From contig LT649254.1 of assembly GCA_900128395.1 (NCBI GenBank), positions 1 through 58,456 of the forward strand: a stretch of 58,456 nt of DNA. Reading direction: 5' to 3'. Within the stretch, counting starts at the first letter, position 1; each line of letters begins with the position of its first letter. The notes under the pieces are model-generated. The model saw only the letters and a program-made list of their open reading frames with translations. It had not been told where the DNA came from and made no database searches. Position numbers and translations under genes: made by a program. This DNA is from Stramenopiles sp. TOSAG23-2. Its lineage: Eukaryota. Shown here piece after piece: positions 51,034-58,456 of this stretch.

Positions 51034-53718
51034 TTAAAGTTCATATCGTGTCTCTCCAGTGACGGTATTGACATAATATGGCTCTTGGGTAGCATCATCA
51101 ATGTACTCAAGCCATTCACCTTCATCATCGCCATAATCATCTTCTAATTGATCATAACCTTCTTCGCCCTCTTTCATGGCACCATCTTCCAACATTGCAG
51201 CTTCCTCTTCCCCTGGTTTTTTAGCATCTGGATCCCTACAAAATCTGAATTCAAGCCACACACGGTCATTATCATCTATTATTCCATCACCGTCTAAATC
51301 TTCAGTTGCGTAGAAGATCATTACACGATCTTGCTCTTCCCTTAAATTTATCCACTCATGCTCACCATCATCATATTGAACTCTATATTTACCCTTTTTC
51401 AAATGGAAATCAGTAATTTCTCCCTCAAACCATTCATCCTCCATTGGCCAATATATCCTAACTTTGCATCCAATTAAAGTATCTTCCCAACTCTTACCCT
51501 CTGGTTTTATATCTTTCTTTTCATTTCTAGATGGGGAAAAGTAAAATAATTGCCCAGTTGTCGGATCCGTGTATTCTTGCCAATCATCATCATCCATTTC
51601 TTCATCTGAAGCACTATCATTATCCAGTGACATTTGTCTTAATTTTAATGCTGCAGCGACACGTTTAGCAACTTTCGCCTGCTGAGTATTTAAACGCTTT
51701 CGCACTCTATTCTTAATTAAATCAAATTTCAAATCTCTCCAACCATGTATACGATGCCCACGATACATTCTTTGAACTGTAATAGCAGCCGCTGTTTGTA
51801 ATATTCGTTGTATTTTCATTTCCTTTAATAATTGCCTAGCAATATAACCACGGAATATACGTTGTATATCCGACGCACTTATATAATTTAATTGTACATG
51901 CCATTTTTTTCTTAAATCTCTTGCAGCTAATTTTAAACGCGAACATCGACCACGGAAAATTTTCTGCATACCAATCACACCAAAATCTCCACCTGCTGAA
52001 GTAATTCCTCGTCGTTTTTCCCGTAAACATGCATGGCGTCGCTGCCTAGCAAGATGCCCACGAAATACCCTCTGTATGTGCAATGCACCTAATGTCATAT
52101 CACGAACACGCTGATTTTTTTCCTCTCCCATTGCAACCATTTTACGATATGCTTGATGCGATCGAATTAACCCTTGAAATCGAATTACAACAGCTTCTGA
52201 TGTTTCAACTTCCCTGTCGTAACGCAAAGCACGAATTGCCCTACCAACTTCTAACATTTTCCTACGGGTTTGTCTACCCCTGTACAATGCTTGACAACGT
52301 GTTATTACAGCTGTCTGCTGTTGGTACAATACCTTCAATGCTTTCATAGCAATTTCAGCAAAACGATCAAATCGACTTCGTACCCAATTTTGTATTTTAA
52401 TCGCAGCTTCGTTTTCAATAATTTCATGTTGCATCCGTTTAAATAAATTACGCGCTCTACGGCCTCGATAATTAATTTGAATTTTCCTAGCAGCTCTAAA
52501 TTTTATAAAATCTATTCTATCCTGTTCCAATCGCACTCTGGTTGCATGCCCAATGGCAAGTGCTTGTATACGTATAGCAGCAGCTTTTTCCAAGGTATCT
52601 CGCTGTATTTTTAAACGTATTTTTCTATAATTATTTTTAGGTTTAAATCCGATATAGGTGCGTGCTAAATCAGTAAATGGCAAACCACGCAATAATTCTT
52701 TCATGCCATTTTCCGTTACGTCTTCACAACCAGTGACATTTAACATCTGTATCGCTTTGCAATGATCAGCGATGGCACAAACTGCTAATTCGGATATTGT
52801 TTTACATCCAGCCAAGTTAACACTTTGCAATTTTGGACAACCTTCAGCCATTGCAATTACTCCTTTATCTTTCATGTCTGGACATCGACCAACATTTAAT
52901 GATTCTAAATTTGGACAATGCTTACCTATTGCATAACCGGCTCTATTTGTCATTTTCACACAACCCATCATATTAATAAGACGAAGGGAAGGGCCAGTAC
53001 CATTGCTAACTAAATCAACTATACAAGTTGATGTCAGCTCCCTACAATCTCTCATCGCTAGGAACTGTAATTTATGACAATTAAAACCTAAATCACTTAC
53101 TCCTGGATTACGTATACGGACACAACCTGATATATTTAACGATATTAACTCTTTGCATGGTAATGACATCTGTCCAACAGTGCCTGCTAACCATGACAGC
53201 CCTGCTTCTGTTATCCCTAAACAATGTGAGATATCAATTGCAGTTAAAGTTTCTTTACAACCTTCTGATAATGTTTTCATACTTGCGTTTGTTAGCTGTA
53301 AACATCCAGATAAATTAATAAAACGTAATTTAAATAACCGTATAGTAATCGTTTGCAATATATAATCATTTATCGGACAGCCTGCCATATTAAGTGCTTC
53401 TAAGCTATCCCCCATCGTCAAAGATATAGTACGCAGCCTTTTGGCAGATATATTTGCAACACCAGAAAGATTTACAGATACACAAGAACCAGCAATTGCA
53501 TTTGATGCCGCCCATAAGACACTATCATCAATTTTTTGTGTTCTAAAGTCCATTTTATTCATTTCAACTTGAGATGCTAAAAAGTCAAATACATCCTTAT
53601 TTAAACGTTCCAAACGTTTTTCTTCTACTGATTCTGCATTTGTTTGCGGTTCAAGACCTCTTTCAGACAACGGTGACAACATCTTTTGATATTTCGCTTC
53701 CATCTCTGGATCCATCAT
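51034..53718 (-). CDS. Cys-containing LRR, multiple IQ, WW, Tudor-like and WW protein
   Basis: LxxINLSGCxxLT repeats; IQRxFRG motifs; WQEYTDPTTGQLFYF; IGCKVRIYWPMEDEWFEGEI...YDDGEHEWINL; WLEYIDDATQEPYYVNTVTGET. Confidence 0.88.
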   Translation of the reverse strand: MMDPEMEAKYQKMLSPLSERGLEPQTNAESVEEKRLERLNKDVFDFLASQVEMNKMDFRTQKIDDSVLWAASNAIAGSCVSVNLSGVANISAKRLRTISLTMGDSLEALNMAGCPINDYILQTITIRLFKLRFINLSGCLQLTNASMKTLSEGCKETLTAIDISHCLGITEAGLSWLAGTVGQMSLPCKELISLNISGCVRIRNPGVSDLGFNCHKLQFLAMRDCRELTSTCIVDLVSNGTGPSLRLINMMGCVKMTNRAGYAIGKHCPNLESLNVGRCPDMKDKGVIAMAEGCPKLQSVNLAGCKTISELAVCAIADHCKAIQMLNVTGCEDVTENGMKELLRGLPFTDLARTYIGFKPKNNYRKIRLKIQRDTLEKAAAIRIQALAIGHATRVRLEQDRIDFIKFRAARKIQINYRGRRARNLFKRMQHEIIENEAAIKIQNWVRSRFDRFAEIAMKALKVLYQQQTAVITRCQALYRGRQTRRKMLEVGRAIRALRYDREVETSEAVVIRFQGLIRSHQAYRKMVAMGEEKNQRVRDMTLGALHIQRVFRGHLARQRRHACLREKRRGITSAGGDFGVIGMQKIFRGRCSRLKLAARDLRKKWHVQLNYISASDIQRIFRGYIARQLLKEMKIQRILQTAAAITVQRMYRGHRIHGWRDLKFDLIKNRVRKRLNTQQAKVAKRVAAALKLRQMSLDNDSASDEEMDDDDWQEYTDPTTGQLFYFSPSRNEKKDIKPEGKSWEDTLIGCKVRIYWPMEDEWFEGEITDFHLKKGKYRVQYDDGEHEWINLREEQDRVMIFYATEDLDGDGIIDDNDRVWLEFRFCRDPDAKKPGEEEAAMLEDGAMKEGEEGYDQLEDDYGDDEGEWLEYIDDATQEPYYVNTVTGETRYEL

Positions 53719-53818
53719 TTTTTATACTGTATTATACAAGTTGTGTCTAATTTATTACTATGATATAAACTTTTAACTTTCTACTGACTGAATCATTCTT
53801 CTTTTTTCAACAGAATAA

Positions 53819-53828
<10 letters not shown>

Positions 53829-53865
<37 letters not shown>
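53829..53865. repeat. (AC)n microsatellite
   Basis: About 18 perfect AC units. Confidence 0.95.
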
Positions 53866-53866
<1 letters not shown>

Positions 53867-54518
53867 GACAAATAATTGATTAGTATGAACTCAGTTTAAT
53901 AAGAACGGTTCTCTTAGAATAAAATGATTGTACAGTTGTTAAAATATCTCTTTGTTGTTACTACAATGATTTATACTATCACTAATATATGTGTATTATT
54001 ATAAATCGATAATAACGATAACGTACTTTTGCTTTTGTTGTTGTTGTACTGGTACAGTACCTGGTAGCTACCACAGGTATTATAAGTATTCTAAAATACC
54101 AGCTTTTTTTAGAAAAAAGGCAGGATTTTACAGTAATAAATAGTTCAGCTAAATAGAGCTATTATTACGAGGAGCCTCATATAAGTTAAAGTCAGTACTA
54201 ATATACCAGATTATAGAGGATCCGGATCCTCTCTATACCAAATGCAGTAGCTTAAAATTAGGCTGGATAGCTGCATAAAGCTGTCCAGGCCTCACACAAC
54301 ACACGACGACACACGAAAAAATAATCATCATCATTTCATCAATATATATACAGTATATGTATTTTTATTCTACATGTACAGTTGTATAGATATATCATAG
54401 TAGACATTGTTCTAGAATTGGAATATAGTAAATATCTATCTATATTCAATCAATTGTACAATTAACTATTTTTAATTTATTTATTTATACCTACACACAC
54501 ACACACAACAGACACGAG

Positions 54519-54569
54519 ATGGATTTTTTAGTACCGACGAATAATAAACGAAAAGCGGTGGCACCTCCC

Positions 54570-54601
<32 letters not shown>

Positions 54602-56207
54602 TTCCTCCTCTTCCTCTGAAACAAATGATACGAAAAATTTGAATAAAATTTTTGAATACATTTCCGAATCACAAGATAAATTTGTAAATTTATTAGCAGA
54701 AGGCGTTGCTATTGCTGGTGTATCAGCAGAACCAAAAAGGAGGTCAGAAGTAATCCGCATGGTGAAATATGTAGAAAGTTTATGCAAAAACATAAAAGCA
54801 TGTACTTCCACTAGGTTATGTGAAAATCCAAAAAAAACGCAAGATGTGAACGGAGAAACAATTCCTTTGCCACCAATTTTACTAGCTCAATTTGGTAATA
54901 ATCCGCAGAAAAAAACAGTTATGATTTATGGACATTTAGATGTCCAGCCGGCATATAAATCTGATGGTTGGAACACAGAACCATTTACGTTGACTGAGAT
55001 TGATGGGAAATTATTCGGACGAGGAGCAACGGATGATAAAGGTCCATGTCTTGGATGGCTATGTTGTTTGGAATCCTATGAGAAATGTAATATTTCCTTA
55101 CCAGTGAATATACGATTTGTGTTTGAAGGTATGGAAGAATCTGGTAGTATTGGTTTACCAGAGCTTGTACGAAGCGAAGCAGTGCCAGGTGGATATTTAG
55201 ATCCAAAAGTAATTGATTTTTGTTGCATTTCTGATAATTATTATTTAGGCAAGACAAAACCGTGCCTAACCTACGGGTTGAGAGGATGTACATACTTCCA
55301 TGCTTCTATTGAAAGTAGTTCAAAAGATTTACATAGTGGAGTAATCGGCGGTTCGGTACATGAATGTACGATTGATTTAATACATTTAATGTCAAAATTG
55401 GTGGATTCACATGGTAACATTAAAGTTCCTGGTATTATGGATAGTGTACGAAAAGTTACCGATGAAGAATTGAAAACATATGAAACCATGGATTTTGATT
55501 TAAAACAATATCATGAAGATGCAGGGATCAATGGGATATCTGATAAATTATTATATAAAACTAAACAAGAAATATTAATGCATCGATGGAGATATCCAAC
55601 TTGCACCATTCATGGTATTCAAGGCGCATTTGATGGTGTTGGCAGCAAAACAGTTATACCCCGAAAAGTGATAGGTAAATTTAGTTTACGCATTGTTCCA
55701 GATCAAACACCACAAGAAATTGAAGGATTGGTTATAAAATTTATGAATGATGAATTTGCAAAATTAAATTCACCAAATAAGTTTTCAATAAAAATGGATA
55801 AAGGTGGACCCCCTTGGATTTGCAGCACTGATTCTCCAAACTTTGTAGCAGCCAGAAAAGCAACCGTTCGTGTACATGGTGTTGAACCTGATCTTACACG
55901 AGAGGGTGGTTCCATCCCAATTACAATTGTTTTCCAGGAATGTTGTGAAAGTGATGTTGTATTATTACCAATTGGTGCATGCGATGACATGGCTCATTCA
56001 CAAAATGAAAAAATAGATCGGAAAAATTTTATCAATGGGATGAAAACATTTGCTTCTTACTTGGTTGAATTATCAAATTTAGACGAGAAAGCAATACAAG
56101 AAGGTGCAAAGGAAACTCAGAAAGTAGGAAAGAAATTGAAAAGCTGGAGACGACGTTGCAAGAAAGATCAAACTATTATGGGATGCGATTGTTTAGAATG
56201 TCAATAA
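54519..56207 (+). CDS. CNDP2: Cytosolic non-specific dipeptidase (M20, CNDP2/Dug1)
   Basis: YGHLDVQPA, GRGATDDKGP, FEGMEESGS, DLHSG, REGGSIP, AHSQNEK. Confidence 0.95.
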
Positions 56208-56540
56208 TTTTTTTTAACAAAATGCGAACCTATTATTTGAGTGCACCTGTATGTATGTTTATGATGTGTGTTTTGAAATAAATAATAATGCTATCCTACT
56301 AATTTCACTACTATATATTATCATATATATAGATTTTATTAAGTTTTGCACTTTTCTTCTTCTAAGAATATTATAGAACATATATTAACATAAATAATAT
56401 ATATCATATGCATATGCATATCTGGGTCTATTTTAAATTTTTTCATCTAAATATGTATATACATCTTCAAATAAATCGATAACAATAACTATATATATAT
56501 ATATATATATAACAAATAGACGTAGCTGAATATATCTAGA

Positions 56541-58043
56541 ATGCCGACAACGATAAGCATAGGTATTGTTGGAGGTGGTGTGAGTGGAACAATGTTTTTA
56601 CACCAAATTGTTGAATTAAATAAAAAAGAAAATTTATCATTCAATTTAAAAATCGATTTATTTGATCAAGGACGTAGTGGATTAGGTGGTCGTTCCAGCC
56701 ACAGAAATGTGAAAGAAGAAGAACGTGAATATGACTTTGATCATGGCTGTCAATTTTTTCGTGCCGATACGTTAACAATGAGAAATATTATATCGAAATT
56801 TATTGAATCTGGAAATATTATAGAAGAGTGGAAAGCAAATTTTGATTTCTCCGAACAATTGAAACATTGTGATTTCTTTGGCATGCCCGGGAATGGCCCA
56901 TTCTATGTTGGTGTTGGTGGTATGCATAATTTTCCACGTGCCATAGTAAATGCAGCGGAGGAAATGATAAAACAGGACACGAATAAAAATATTAATATCA
57001 ATATTTATCCTCAAACAAGAGTTTCCAAGCTTGTTCATCGTAACAACAAAAACGATAATAGTAGTAATAGTAATAAATATAATAATAGAAAAAATTAAAA
57101 AAAAAAATTATGGGAATTAGTAGGTACAAATGGAAATGCAGCGTTCCACGATACAAAAGAAAGTGTAGCACAATTGGCAAAACATAAGAATTTAAATGAT
57201 AAAGAAACAAATAGCGATGGAGTGTATGATTTTATAATTTTAACAGATATAAGTAGCACATCATTTGATAGTTGGCATAGAGCCTCTGCTGGTGTACCTG
57301 ATTCCTTTTCTAAAGCAGTTCGCGATAGAGTTGGAGCTCGTGTGCCATTATTTTCAGCCATGGTTGCATTTGAAACACCATTACCATTAACTAGTGATAC
57401 GATTACATTCCCAATCGATGAAAATGGTGATGGGGGTGATTGTTGGTTTGCAGCGAAAACAAATAGCAAACCTGGATTTGAACATTTAAAAGCAGAATGT
57501 TGGACTATTGTTAGTACCCCAATATATGCTGCGAAGCAAATAAAATTGATACCAATGCAAGATGTAAAAACAGGTGAATTCATACCACAAGAGCCTGGTT
57601 ATTTGAAAAATGTACCAGCGAAACAATTAGTATCATCGTTTTTGAAAGCAATGAACATATCTGATTCGGTAACGCCAAACATTTTACATCTTAATGCTCA
57701 AAGATGGGGAAGTGCATTGCCTGCACCAAATCATCATGTTATAGGTAACAATTTTTCAAGTCGATGGATATTGAGTGGCGTAAATTATGATGTAGGTAAA
57801 TCTAAACTATACCCAACAACTATAAATGAAGATATCAAAGAAGGATCTTCATTTTATTACGACGATAAATTATCGCTTATGCAAATTGGTGATATGATTA
57901 GTAATTGTACACCAGGAATGGAATCTGGTGTATTAAGTGCAGTTGAAGGTGCAACGTTCCTAATGGAAATGCTAAAGAATACTACTACTACTAGTAGTAG
58001 TATTAAGAAAGGAAACAAAAATTTAGTAAATGGCCGAATGTAA
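56541..58043 (+). CDS. Renalase-like FAD/NAD(P)-dependent oxidoreductase with one in-frame TAA (57096-57098)
   Basis: IVGGGVSG, FDQGR.GLGGR, FDHGCQFF, YVGVGGM, QRWGSA, IGD...GMESGVLSA. The two track ORFs share one frame. Confidence 0.85.
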
Positions 58044-58315
58044 AAATAATCGTATTATGGTCATATATGATATACCAAGTATAATGCAGACAGAGGAAGC
58101 CTCTTTTGAATACACAAAAACAATTTACTACTCGTATGTTTATATAAATGAGTCTTTAAATCATTTTTTTGGTTTGAGATGTTAATTTCCGGGAGTACAA
58201 AATTTTTTACGGTACAATATATGTTGTGAGTAAGAGAATAATAATATGTAATTTTACTCTCGTACGTAATATATATAGTCAGATATATAGTCAGATGCAG
58301 TACAACTATCCTACC

Positions 58316-58456
58316 TTACAATTTTGCTACAAACAAAATACCTCCACATGCAACCCGTGCACCGGCATTTCCAGTTTTTAAACTTTCAGCATCACCACCT
58401 TTACCAAGGTCATCTTCACCAGCATGTACCATCACACTTCTTCCGACGACACTTGT
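58316..58456 (-). CDS. SOD1: Cu/Zn superoxide dismutase, 3' end (runs off the window), ending in PTS1 AKL
   Basis: Manual translation [46 protein letters not shown]. Confidence 0.93.
   Translation of the reverse strand, partial: TSVVGRSVMVHAGEDDLGKGGDAESLKTGNAGARVACGGILFVAKL

Noticed and set aside
56541..58043. Non-standard genetic code suggested by the in-frame TAA
   Set aside because: TAA, TAG and TGA all end well-conserved genes at expected positions, and long ORFs contain no internal stops.

Overview
AT-rich, gene-dense eukaryotic DNA read in the standard code, with no intron I could demonstrate. It comes from a flagellated protist; an axonemal dynein plus a PH-domain DGAT1 and ELM1 point, by inference, to a stramenopile. 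About 24 protein genes or gene fragments are present: inner-arm dynein heavy chain, ankyrin-FN3, FKBP-like, ELM1, CS-ankyrin, P450, PH-DGAT1, PAN/apple, WRAP73, C2H2 ZnF fragment, TRAPPC11, cornichon, RPL32, IQ/coiled-coil, CCDC57, CAR-like GPCR, CM1 centrosomin-like, LC4-like EF-hand fragment, LRR-IQ-WW-Tudor, CNDP2, renalase-like, and a Cu/Zn-SOD 3' end with PTS1. There is also an 898-nt scaffold gap. Structure the ORF track does not explain: (1) a ~520-bp MITE with 23-bp perfect terminal inverted repeats; (2) GC-rich, palindrome-rich cores and a recurring ACTGGT motif in head-to-head intergenic regions; (3) TTAGGG repeats plus a two-state hairpin upstream of RPL32; (4) three 5'-truncated gene fragments, one bracketed by inverted repeats; (5) seven 44-151-bp tandem duplications, probably assembly or haplotype artefacts, one of which breaks TRAPPC11; (6) frameshift or in-frame stop lesions in three genes. 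All family assignments come from motif recognition by eye; no database search was run.
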